A DNA stretch of 64,000 bases from an uncultured Solirubrobacteraceae bacterium (GCA_963773145.1 CAVYZV010000005.1:366271-430270), one strand, 5' to 3'. Shown: positions 39,531-49,129, numbered from the stretch's first letter. Translations and numbers: made by a program. Notes: generated from the letters alone by a model not told the origin.

Positions 39531-41406
39531 CTACGCGTACTGCCGGGCCGCAGGACCACGCAGCGCGCGTCCCGCGAGCGCCACGCAGGCACCGAGGAGC
39601 GCCCCGAGCACGGCGCCCCGGGGCTGGTTGTGAGCACCCCCGGCGAGGCCCGCGTCCAGCATCGGCTGCACGAGCACCAGGGCCAGCGCCCAGAGGCCGG
39701 CGGCGATCGCGTCGAGCAGGGGTTCGCGGCCGCGGACGATCCACGGCAGCACCATCGCGGCGGCACCCCACAGCAGGGCGCCCAGCAGGACGCCCATCGT
39801 GAGGGCCGGGGCGATCACGTGGGTGGCTGCCTGGCCCACCGATTCCTCCCACACCCCAGTGGCGGGCGTACCGGCCGGGGCGGGCAACCACAGCTGCGCG
39901 GACACCAGCGGCCCGGCGAGGGTGATCCACCAGTAGCCGAGCGCGCCCCGCAGGGCCCGCTCGGAGGGGGTCCGGGCCTGCCCCGCGAGCGCCGGGAAGG
40001 CGCCCGCCAGACCGACCATTCCCAGCAACGGGGCGAGCGCGCACGACAGCCGGCCGATGGGCACGCGCCCGCTGCGACCGTGCCCGCTCAACACCAGCAG
40101 CGCCGGCAGCAGCGCGACGAGCAGCACCAGCGAGAGGCCGGGCCGCCCGGCGATCGCCTCCCAGCAGCACAGCGCGACCAGGCCGGCGAGCGCCAGCCGG
40201 CGTGGCGCCCCCGTGCGCGGAGCTTCGCCCGCGTGAACCACCACGTTGGGCTCGGCCTCGGCGCGCGGCTCGGAGGCGAACGCGGCCCCGGGGCTCCCGT
40301 GGGCGGGGGCGCGATGGGGATCCGCGACCCCGCGGGCATGCACAGCCCCGCGGCGGGCTTGAGTCCCGTGGCCGGGGTACTCGCTGCGGCCGGGGTACTC
40401 GCCGTGGCCGGGGTACTCGCCGTGGCCGGCGTGCGCTTCGCGCGGCCCCGCAACGGCCTCGCGGCGCGGACGCGTGGCCCCCTGCTCGCGGTGCAGGCGG
40501 GCGTCCTCGAGCGCGGTGCGAAGGGGTCCCAGCCCGCAGCGGCCCTGGGGCCGGGTCACCAGGGCTGCGTCGATCGCGTCGCTCAGGGCGGAGGGAAGAT
40601 CCGGGCGCCGCCGCCGCAGGGGCTCGACCGGACGGCCGATCCGGCGGGCGGTCTCCGCCGGGTTGTCGCCGCGCACGGGGTTGTCGCCGGTGAGGGCCTC
40701 ATACAGGACCAGGGCCAGCGAGTAGACGTCCGCGGGCTCGCCCGCCGGCTTGCCTTCGGACTGCTCCGGGGACATGTAGGCGAGCGTCCCGAGGACGTCG
40801 CCGGTGCGCGTGAGGATGTCCTCGCCGGCGAGGCTCGCACCGCCGAAGTCGGTCAGCTTCGCCGGCTGGGGGGGTTGCTCGCGCCGGTCCGGGACGAGCA
40901 CGTTCTGGGGCTTGATGTCGCGGTGGATGACGCCGCGGGCGTGGGCGTGGGCGAGGGCCCCACAGAGGGCGATGCCGATCTCGAGCACCTCGCTGTCGAG
41001 GATGCTCCCATCGGCGATCAGGCTTGCGAGCGTGCGAGCCTTCGACCAGCTCCGAGATCAGGTACATGGCGCCGTCGCGGACGCACGCCTCGTACAGCGC
41101 CACGACCGCGGGGTGCGACAGGCGGGCGCACGCGAGCGCCTCACGCATCGCCCGCTCGCCGTCGTCGCCGGCTCCGAGGGGGATCCGCTTGAGGGCCACC
41201 TCGCGCTGCAGCAGCTCGTCCGAGGCCCGCCACACGACGCCGAAGCCGCCCGCGCCGAGGCGCTCGTGCAGCCGGTAGCGCTCCAGCACGAGCTCCCGGG
41301 GGGGCGGCGCGCCGGACGGCGGGTGCCCGAGGATGCGCCGCGTGGGCGCCTCGAGCGTGGGCTCGGGTGGTGCGCGGCGCTCGATCAGGGTCCGTTGCGA
41401 GTCCAC
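39531..41406 (-). CDS. Ser/Thr protein kinase with polytopic membrane C-terminus, frameshift near 41037
   Basis: GAGGFGVVW, VALK, HRDIKPQN, DFG, SPE, several C-terminal TM helices. Confidence 0.82.
40369..40430. repeat. 18-bp tandem repeat (about 3.5 copies) encoding GHGEYP-like hexapeptides
   Basis: gtggccggggtactcgc(t/c) repeated; translation GHGEYPGHGEYPGRSEYPGHG. Confidence 0.8.
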
Positions 41407-41557
41407 CGGATTGCGCGTTCGCCGTGGGAGGCGGCACTCCTTGCGAGAGGGGTCCGCAAATGGGTAGGGATGAGCGCGAAGTTGCAAGAAAACGGGCTGA
41501 CGGGAGCGCCAGTCATACTTCGCCTGCTTGTGAAGTACCTGCAAAAGGAATGCACTT

Positions 41558-42684
41558 TTGTCGTTCTTTGACGACGACGGGGATGAGACGGCTCAGCAGC
41601 CGGCAGCTCGGCTGCCCCGGCCGAGGCGTCCGCGGCCCCGTAGCCCGCGATCCGGCGGGGCCGGACCGGGCGGCCCCGGCGGGGTCCGACGAGCACACCC
41701 TGATCGTCCGGCGGCGGGTGGCCCTCGGGGTGGGGCGTGGCGCTGCTGATCGTGATCGTGCTGATCGTCAGCGGCTGCGTCAAAAGCGAAAAAACCCAGG
41801 CCCTGAAGAACTACAACCAGTCCGTGAGCACGATCGCGCGGGAATCGGCCGAACAGGTGGCGACGCCGCTGTTCACGACCCTCGCGAGCGCCTCCGGCAA
41901 GCAGGCGCTCGAAGTCGAGGAGCAGGTCGACCAGCTGCGCATCCAGGCACAGGGGTTCGCCTCCCGCGTGCAGGGCCTCAGCGTGCCGAGCGAGATGTCG
42001 GGGGCCCAGCGCAACCTGCTGCTGACCTACAACCTGCGCGTCGAAGCGATCGAGAAGCTGACGGGGCTGCTGCCCAAGGCGCTCGGCGGCAAAGACAAGC
42101 AGTCGATCGAATACATCGCCGGAGCGATGCAGATCCTGCTGGCCTCCGACGTGCTGTACTCGCAGCGGGCCGCGCCCCTGATCCAGCAGTCGCTGAGCGA
42201 ACACGGCGTGCACGGCATCCCCACCAGCCCCTCCCGCTTCCTGCCGAACCTCGGATGGCTGGAACCGAACACCGTGAGCTCCCGGCTGACCGGCACGACC
42301 AGCACGGGCCAGGCCACCACGGGCGGGACCCACGGCAGCGCGCTGAAGGGCGTCAGCGTGGGGTCCACGGAACTGGCGGCGGAACCGACCCTGAACCACC
42401 TCAGCGGCGGCGGCAACCCGACCTTCAGCGTGTCCGTCGAAAACGCCGGCGAATCCACCTCGACGAACCTCAAGGTGACCGTCACGGTGTCGGCGGGGGG
42501 CAAGCAGTACAAGTCCTCGGGCTCGATCGAAAAGCTCGAAGCCGGCAAGACGGCGGCGGCGCAGGTGTCCGTCACGGGGATCCCCACGGGCGCGGCCTCG
42601 AAAGTCGAAGTGTCGGTGGAAGCGGTGCCCGGCGAGACCAACCTCGAAAACAACAAGGGCAGCTTCCTGGCGATCTTCGAATAG
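41558..42684 (+). CDS. Membrane-anchored protein with C-terminal CARDB/Ig-like domain, frameshifts near 41680-41740
   Basis: TTG start LSFFDDD after AAGGA; TM then helical region; VENAGE..IEKLEAG..VPGETNLENN. Confidence 0.65.
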
Positions 42685-42745
42685 GGCCCGCCGCGGCGGT
42701 CGGGGATTGGCCCCCAAGGTGTGGCCGGGATCTCATATGCGGCAC

Positions 42746-42774
42746 TTGCGCCCCGGCAGATGAACCTGTATAAG
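42746..42774 (+). promoter_or_regulatory. Sigma70-type promoter of paralogue 1
   Basis: TTGCGC-N17-TATAAG; same spacing upstream of all three paralogues. Confidence 0.7.
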
Positions 42775-42880
42775 ACTCGTAGTTCCCGCCAGGGATAGTC
42801 GCCGAATGGGGGCTGGCTTCCCGGAGTATGGATTGCTACCGGGGTGGCGGGTTTACAAGTACTACCACTGGAGGAAAGTC

Positions 42881-43792
42881 ATGGAAAGACGCAATCTTCT
42901 GGCGGGGCTCGCTGTCCTCGCGCTCAGCCTGTTCGTGCTGAGCGGGACCGCGTTCGCGCATGCGACCCACCACAAGAAGGCGAAGCCGCGCAGTGAGGGC
43001 GGCTCGGGCTCCGCGGAAACCTGCGTGGTTCACGCGACGCCCAACGCATTCATGGACCAGGGTGAGTTCGGCGCCTCGTCGAGCGTTGCCGACGTCATTG
43101 AAGTCGAGTGCGAAGAAGTGTACGCCGAGCACCACGTGCGGATCAGCGCCAACGAGCTTTACAGCCGTTGTGACAAGTACCTGCACTGGAGGACTCCTAC
43201 CGCCAACCAGCCTGAACAGGATGGCTGGGGCTTCACCTCGGGGCCGAGCGTTGAAACGACGCTTGACAACGACGGTAACGCCACGGTGGTCGTCCTCGGC
43301 GGCCCCTCGTGCGCAGCGGGCGAAAGCCTCATCTCCGCACACCTCACGGAAGCGCCCTACACGACGGTGACCACCGGCTTCACGGTGCTGCCGCCGCGAC
43401 CCACGACGCCTGGCGTGTTCGCCACTCCGGCGACAAAGGTCGAGGGTGAGGAATTCAGCGACGTGGCGACTATCGTCCAGGTCGAGTTCCCGCCCGTGTT
43501 CGCCGAGGAATACGTCAACGTGGACTTCTCACAGCTGTACTCACGTTGCAAATACGGCGACCACACCGAAGTGATCACCATGAGCGAACGCGGTTACCCG
43601 CACACCGTCACCGGTGAGGAAACCGAAACGCTCAAACTCGACAACGATGGGAACGCCTTCATGATTCTCATCGGCAACGCGTCGTGCGCGTCGGGTACGA
43701 CCCTCATCGAAGCTAGCCTCGAAGCGGCGCCGTACACCACGTACACGACTGACTTCACGATCGAACCGCCTCAGCCCTCGTTCCCCAACTAA
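42881..43792 (+). CDS. Secreted protein with two tandem Cys-containing beta-rich repeats (paralogue 1)
   Basis: GGAGG RBS, signal peptide ending AFA, internal duplication LYSRC...LDNDGNA...SC...APYTT. Confidence 0.85.
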   Translation: MERRNLLAGLAVLALSLFVLSGTAFAHATHHKKAKPRSEGGSGSAETCVVHATPNAFMDQGEFGASSSVADVIEVECEEVYAEHHVRISANELYSRCDKYLHWRTPTANQPEQDGWGFTSGPSVETTLDNDGNATVVVLGGPSCAAGESLISAHLTEAPYTTVTTGFTVLPPRPTTPGVFATPATKVEGEEFSDVATIVQVEFPPVFAEEYVNVDFSQLYSRCKYGDHTEVITMSERGYPHTVTGEETETLKLDNDGNAFMILIGNASCASGTTLIEASLEAAPYTTYTTDFTIEPPQPSFPN

Positions 43793-43832
43793 GGAACGAG
43801 AGGACAGGCTGGGAGACCAGTGAGACTGTCAC

Positions 43833-43874
43833 CGAGGGCCCCGGGAGCAACCGCTTCCGGGGCCTTCGGGCTTT
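43833..43874 (+). terminator. Intrinsic terminator-like hairpin after paralogue 1
   Basis: gagggccccgggagc-aacc-gcttccggggccttc followed by ttt. Confidence 0.7.
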
Positions 43875-43972
43875 AAGGGGCGGGGGCGCCCGGCAAGGGC
43901 AGGGCGCGGGCGCGGGTTCCGGCCACCGCCTGAGAGGCACCGTCGAGACCGGGCAGGCGCCGCTCTCGGCGC

Positions 43973-44080
43973 CCGTTGCGAGGGCAGGGTGCGAGGCCGG
44001 CCCCGAGGCCGTTGCGAGGGCAGGGTGCGAGGCCGGCCCCGAGGCCGTTGCGAGGGCAGGGTGCGAGGCCGGCCCGGAGG
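43973..44080. repeat. 36-bp tandem repeat x3 (VNTR)
   Basis: ccgttgcgagggcagggtgcgaggccggccccgagg x3, one mismatch in the last copy. Confidence 0.9.
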
Positions 44081-44233
44081 CCCCAGGCGCGGGTCACGGA
44101 GGCCCCCCGCGCGGCTCTGGGCCTGGATCCCCGGCGCCTCCCGGGGACGGCGCCACGCGGTGGTGGCCGCGAAAGCCCGCATCCGCCCGGTCCGGGTGGC
44201 GTGGTTCGTCCGGCCCAAGCGGGTCGCGCTTTC

Positions 44234-44262
44234 TTGCGGTGGGGGTGGGCAGCCTGTATTAA
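44234..44262 (+). promoter_or_regulatory. Sigma70-type promoter of paralogue 2
   Basis: TTGCGG-N17-TATTAA. Confidence 0.7.
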
Positions 44263-44364
44263 CAAGTCCATAAGTCCCGCCATCGAAGGCGCCGGGGGGT
44301 GACTTCGAGAACCGGTCGGAGACCGTAAGCGCGGGTGGACAACCGACACCACTGGAGGAAAGTC

Positions 44365-45287
44365 ATGGAGAGACGCAACCTTGTGGCGGGGCTTGCTGTC
44401 CTCGCACTCAGCCTGTTCGTGCTGAGTGGGACCGCGTTCGCGCACGCTACGCATCACAAGAAGGCCAAGCCGAATGCCGAGGGCGGTTCAACGGGCTCGC
44501 CCGAAACCTGCGTGGTTCACGCCATGCCCAACGCATTCATGGACCAGGGTGAGTTCGGCACCTCGTCGAGCGTCGCCGACATCATCGAAGTCGAGTGCGA
44601 AGAAGTCTACGCCGAGCACTACGTGCGGATCAGCGCCAACGAGCTCTACAGCCGCTGCGACCGCCACCTCTACTGGCGTACGCCGTACCAGGCGGAGCCC
44701 TGCGGAGCTGCAGCAGGAGCCGCAAGTACTCCACCGGCCCGAGCTTCTCGGTCGAACTGGACAACGACGGCAACGCCACCGCGATCGTGCTGGGCGGACC
44801 CTCGTGTGCGGCGGGCGAAAGCCTGATCGCCGCGCACCTGGAATCGGCTCCGTACACGACGGTGACCACCGGCTTCACGGTGCTGCCGCCGCGGCCGACC
44901 GCGCCGGGCGTGTTCGCCACCCCCGCCAACAAGGTCGAGGGTGAGGTCGCGAGCGACGTGGCGACGATCGTTCAGGTCGAGTTCCCGCCCGTGTTCGCCG
45001 AGGAACCCGTCAACGTCAACGCGTCGCAGCTGTACTCGCGTTGCAAACGGTACCCGCACACCGAATGGGTGGTGATGAGCCCCTACGGTCCCCAGGAAGC
45101 CGAGAACAACGGCGAAGAAACCACGATCTGGCTCGACAACGACGGCAACGCGTTCGTCGTGCTGATCGGGAACTCGTCGTGCGCCGCGGGTGACTCGCTG
45201 ATCGAAGCGAGCCTCGAAAACGCGCCGTACACGACGTACACGACCGACTTCACGGTCGAACCGCCGCAGCCCTCGTTCCCCAACTAG
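44365..45287 (+). CDS. Secreted repeat protein paralogue 2, frameshifted near 44700-44723
   Basis: Closely similar to paralogue 1; N- and C-terminal halves in different frames. Confidence 0.82.
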
Positions 45288-45324
45288 GGGAGCGGGCTGG
45301 GCGAGCCGCAACGACATAGCCGAT

Positions 45325-45354
45325 GGGCCCGGGGGCAAACCGCTCCCGGGCCTC
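45325..45354 (+). terminator. Hairpin after paralogue 2
   Basis: gggcccgggggc-aaacc-gctcccgggcct. Confidence 0.6.
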
Positions 45355-45445
45355 TCGGGCTCCGAGGTCCCCTCAGCGGGATCGAGCCGAGCCGCCAGCC
45401 CGCTCCAGATCGGGCGATCCGAGCCCCGCGGGACGGTCGGCGAGC

Positions 45446-45474
45446 TTGCCAAACGGCCGCAAAAGCGGTATTAA
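45446..45474 (+). promoter_or_regulatory. Sigma70-type promoter of paralogue 3
   Basis: TTGCCA-N17-TATTAA. Confidence 0.7.
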
Positions 45475-45579
45475 CAGGGGATAAATCCCGCCAGGGGGAG
45501 CCGCTCGGATTAGGGGGGCGTGCTTCCTGGACAGCGAAACCGTGGTCCCGTGCGGCGGGGGAGACAACTGGAGGAAGTC

Positions 45580-46496
45580 ATGGAAAGACGGAACCTTCTC
45601 GCGGGGCTCGCGGTCCTTGCCCTCAGCCTGTTCTTGCTGAGCGGCACGGCGTTTGCGCACGCGACCCATCACAAGAAGGCAAAGCCCAGGTCCGAGGGCG
45701 GTGTCACCGGTTCGCCGGAAACGTGTGTCGTGCACGCGCTGCCCAGCTCGTTCATGGACCAGGGTGAGTTCGGTGCCGCCTCGAGCGTCGCCGACGTCAT
45801 CGAAGTCGAGTGCGAAGAAGTCTACGCCGAGACGTACGTGCGGATCAGCGCCAACGAGCTCTACAGCCGCTGCGACGGCAAGCTCTACTGGCGGACCCCG
45901 TACGAGCAGCCAGCAGCCTTCCTCGGAGTGGAACGCCGTCGAGCGCTCCCAGCTTCTCGGTGCGGCTCGACAACGACGGCAACGCGACCGCGGTCGTGAT
46001 CGGCGGCCCCTCGTGTGCGGCAGGCGAAAGCCTCATCGCCGCGCACCTGGAATCGGCCCCGTACACGACGGTGACCACCGGCTTCACGGTGCTGCCGCCG
46101 CGGCCCACGACCCCCGGCGTGTACGTGACGCCGGAAAAGAAGGTCGAGGGTGAGGAAGACAGCGACGTGGCGACCATCGTGCAGGTCGAGTTCCCGCCCG
46201 TGTTCGCCGAGGAACCGGTGAACGTGAAGGGCTCGCAGCTCACCTCGCGGTGCAAAAAGTGGCCGCACACGGAAGCCATCGTGATGGGCCCGGAGGGCTA
46301 CCCCGAGACCGAACAGAATCTCGAAGAAGGGACGCTCTACCTGGACAACGACGGCAACGCGTTCGCCGTGATCATCGGCAACTCGTCGTGTGCATCGGGC
46401 GACTCGCTGATCGAAGCGAGCCTCGAAAACGCGCCGTACACCACCTACACGGCCAACTTCACGATCGAACCGCCGCAGCCGACGTTCCCCAACTAG
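45580..46496 (+). CDS. Secreted repeat protein paralogue 3, frameshifted near 45910-45945
   Basis: Closely similar to paralogues 1 and 2; halves in different frames. Confidence 0.82.
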
Positions 46497-46537
46497 GGAT
46501 CACAGGCTGGACGGGCGACCGCTGAGGTTGCTTTTGC

Positions 46538-46576
46538 AAGGGCCCCGGGAGAAAGCTCCCGGGGCCCTTCTTTTTG
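46538..46576 (+). terminator. Intrinsic terminator after paralogue 3
   Basis: aagggccccgggag-aaag-ctccccggggccctt followed by a T-tract. Confidence 0.85.
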
Positions 46577-46647
46577 CGCCCGAGCGTGCGGGCTCGGCGA
46601 GGGGCATCCGGCCTGGCGGGCCGCGCGGTGGGCTATTTTTTTCCTCG

Positions 46648-47190
46648 ATGGCCACGTCGCTGACGGACACGCACGGGATCATCGCGATCGCGGCGGCAGC
46701 GGCGGCCGTGGTGGCGCTGATCGGCTGCGTGGCGCTGGCGGTCTCGCTGCGGAGGCTGCGGCGGGCCCAGACGGCCGTGCTGGGCGACTCTGGAGAGCAG
46801 GACCTCGTGGCCCACGCCGCCGGCGTCCAGGACGCGCTGCGTCAGATCCAGGAGGAGGTGCGGGCGAGCGGTGCGCGGCTGGACGCGCGGCTCGGGGAGA
46901 TCGAGGAGGACCTGCGGGGGGTCATCTCCCACCGGGCGCTCGTGCGCTACGACGCCTACAACGAGCTCTCCGGGCGCCAGTCGATGTCGATCGCCCTGCT
47001 GGACGACGAACGCTCGGGGATCGTGCTGTCGTGCATCCACCACCGCGACCAGGCGCGGGTGTACGGCAAGCAGGTGCGGGAGGGGCACGCGGAACTGGAG
47101 CTCTCCCCCGAGGAGGCCGAAGCGGTGCGGCTGGCGATCACCGGCGGCGGGGACGACGGACGGGCTGCCGCCGATGACCGCAGCGGCTGA
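46648..47190 (+). CDS. DUF4446 family protein
   Basis: N-terminal TM, coiled coil, VRYDAYNELSGRQSMSIALLD..G, ARVYGK, LSPEE. Confidence 0.85.
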   Translation: MATSLTDTHGIIAIAAAAAAVVALIGCVALAVSLRRLRRAQTAVLGDSGEQDLVAHAAGVQDALRQIQEEVRASGARLDARLGEIEEDLRGVISHRALVRYDAYNELSGRQSMSIALLDDERSGIVLSCIHHRDQARVYGKQVREGHAELELSPEEAEAVRLAITGGGDDGRAAADDRSG

Positions 47191-48103
47191 CGGCCCCACG
47201 GAGCTGCCGCGGGCCGGCTACCTCGGACCCGAGGGCACGTTCAGCGAGGAGGCCCTGCTCGGCAGTGCGCGGCCCGGGTCGCTGGAGCCGGTGGGCCTGG
47301 CGAGCATCTACGAGACCGTGATGGCCTTACGGGCGGGCGAGCTGGACTGGGCGGTGGTGCCGATCGAGAACTCGCTCGAGGGCTCGATCAGCGTGACGCT
47401 CGACCTGCTCGCCGGGGAGGCCTCGGACGTGGAGATCGTGGGCGAGGCCCTGCTGCGGGTGCGCCACTCGCTGATCGCCTGCGGGCCTGTGGAGCTGTCG
47501 CAGATCGAGACCGTCCTCACGCACCCCCAGGTGCCGGGGCAGTGCTCGCGCTTCCTGCGTACCGAGCTGCCCCACGCGACGGTGCTGCCGGCGAGCTCGA
47601 CGGCGGAGGCCGTCAGGACCGTGGCCGGGGACCAGCAGCCGGGCAGGGCCGCGATCGGCACCGTGCTGGCGGCGCGCATCTACGGGGGCACGATCGTGCG
47701 CGACGGGGTCGAGGACCGCGACGACAACGAGACCCGCTTCGTGTGGCTGGCGCGCACGGGGGAGCAGCGGGAGGCTCCGCTGGAGGGGACCCCGGGCTCG
47801 ACGTGGCGAACCTCGTTGCTGTTCTGGGGTAGCGGCGCGGAGCACGCGGGCTGGCTCGTGCGCTGCCTGCAGGAGTTCGCCGAGCGCGACATCAACCTGA
47901 CGAAGATCGAGTCCCGGCCCCGCCGCGAGGAGTTCGGCAACTACGTGTTCTTCACCGACCTGGCCGCCCGGGGCGAGGAGCCGAGGGTGCTGGAGGCGCT
48001 CGCCGGGTTGCGGGAGATCTGCGAAGCGGTGCGGGTGATGGGCAGCTATCCGGCGGCGACGGACCCCGTGGGAGCGCTGGCGTCGGCCGAGAACCCCCGC
48101 TAG
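47174..48103 (+). CDS. pheA: Prephenate dehydratase
   Basis: YLGPEGTFSEEA, VPIENSLEG, NETRF, ACT domain INLTKIESRP. Confidence 0.93.
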   Translation: MTAAADGPTELPRAGYLGPEGTFSEEALLGSARPGSLEPVGLASIYETVMALRAGELDWAVVPIENSLEGSISVTLDLLAGEASDVEIVGEALLRVRHSLIACGPVELSQIETVLTHPQVPGQCSRFLRTELPHATVLPASSTAEAVRTVAGDQQPGRAAIGTVLAARIYGGTIVRDGVEDRDDNETRFVWLARTGEQREAPLEGTPGSTWRTSLLFWGSGAEHAGWLVRCLQEFAERDINLTKIESRPRREEFGNYVFFTDLAARGEEPRVLEALAGLREICEAVRVMGSYPAATDPVGALASAENPR

Positions 48104-48117
48104 ACTCGGGCCGCAGA

Positions 48118-48714
48118 ATGGAGAGCACAGTCCCACCAGAGCCGGTGGGGTCCGTGTCGTCCTCACCGCACCAACGGCACGGACCTGCCTCATCGCCCAC
48201 TTCGGCGATGGGTGGTCGGGTGCTCGTCCTGAACGCGACGTTCGAGCCCATCAACGTGTGCACCGTGCGCCGCGCGGTGGTGCTGCTGCTGAAGGACAAG
48301 GCCGAGCTGCTCGAGCGGGGACCGACCAAGCTGCACTCGGAGTCCTCCACGATCTCTCGACCCGTGGTGATCCGGCTGATCACCTACGTGAGGGTTCCCC
48401 GCGACGCCCACCGGCGCAAGATCACCCGCCGGGCGGTGTTCGCCCGCGACAGCTGGACCTGCCAGTACTGCGGCGCGCGCTCCAATCTGACCGTGGACCA
48501 CGTGATCCCGCGATCGAAGGGGGGCTCCTCCAGCTGGGAGAACATCGTGGCCTCGTGCGCGCCCTGCAACCGGCGTAAGGGCGACCGCACGCCCGGCCAG
48601 GCGGGCATGCACCCCCGCCACGCTCCCAGCTCGCCGCGGGCGGAGATCTTCATCCACGTCGCCAGCCCCACGATCCCGGCGGCCTGGCTGCAGTACCTGC
48701 CCCGGGCGGCTTAG
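48118..48714 (+). CDS. HNH endonuclease (McrA-like, common actinobacterial type; start may be 48208)
   Basis: VLVLNATFEP, RDSWTCQYCG, TVDHVIPRSKGG..WENIVASCAPCNRRKG. Confidence 0.9.
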   Translation: MESTVPPEPVGSVSSSPHQRHGPASSPTSAMGGRVLVLNATFEPINVCTVRRAVVLLLKDKAELLERGPTKLHSESSTISRPVVIRLITYVRVPRDAHRRKITRRAVFARDSWTCQYCGARSNLTVDHVIPRSKGGSSSWENIVASCAPCNRRKGDRTPGQAGMHPRHAPSSPRAEIFIHVASPTIPAAWLQYLPRAA

Positions 48715-48794
48715 GGCGACGGACACCCGGCCGCAGCGTTCGGGGTCCGCGGGCGCCGTGGGGCCGCGGCGGGCGTCGGCGGGCGGGCGGAAAT

Positions 48795-49016
48795 GCGGCG
48801 AGGGGCGCAGCCCTGTAGGCATACGCCCCTCGCAGTGATTCCTGACTGGATGGACCGAGGCCGACCTTCACGCGCCGGAGGGACCAGGACCGGCGGCCGT
48901 CTCGGGGTGTCCCGGGTTGGATTCCGCTAAGCGGACCAGCCTCCCGACCTAACGGCCGGTCACCTCCAGGGTCCCGCAAGTACTGTCAGACGTTAGGACC
49001 ACCTCCTTTCTCTGGT
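48795..49016 (-). ncRNA. Candidate structured small RNA (or micro-ORF leader) with a 16-nt 16S-complementary 5' segment
   Basis: TAACCT -10 box at 49028-49023, AGAAAGGAGGTGGTCC at 49011-48996, nested complementary segments, terminal 10-bp hairpin 48798-48833; no long credible ORF. Confidence 0.55.
48798..48833. terminator. Strong hairpin between the HNH gene and the candidate sRNA
   Basis: gcgaggggcg / cgcccctcgc perfect 10-bp stem. Confidence 0.7.
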
Positions 49017-49129
49017 CTGGCCAGGTTAGCGAAACCAGGCGACGGCGGTCCGGGGTCCGTGGAGTGCTCCCCGCAGCGTGCGGGGCCGGAGTCCCGGCAG
49101 GCGCCATGGAGGCGCCGCAACACCGCGGG

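Noticed and set aside
43973-44080. CRISPR array from 36-bp repeats
   Set aside because: Copies are contiguous, with no spacers.
42881-46496. Diversity-generating retroelement acting on the paralogues
   Set aside because: No reverse transcriptase in the window, and differences between copies are not adenine-specific.
48118-48714. HNH gene as an RNA-guided (IscB/Cas9-like) nuclease partnered with the adjacent RNA
   Set aside because: No RuvC or PLMP features. It looks like the ordinary short actinobacterial HNH family, and the RNA is convergent with its own promoter. A link cannot be supported.
48996-49011. 16S rRNA gene fragment
   Set aside because: Only the terminal 16 nt match; the flanks show no rRNA sequence.
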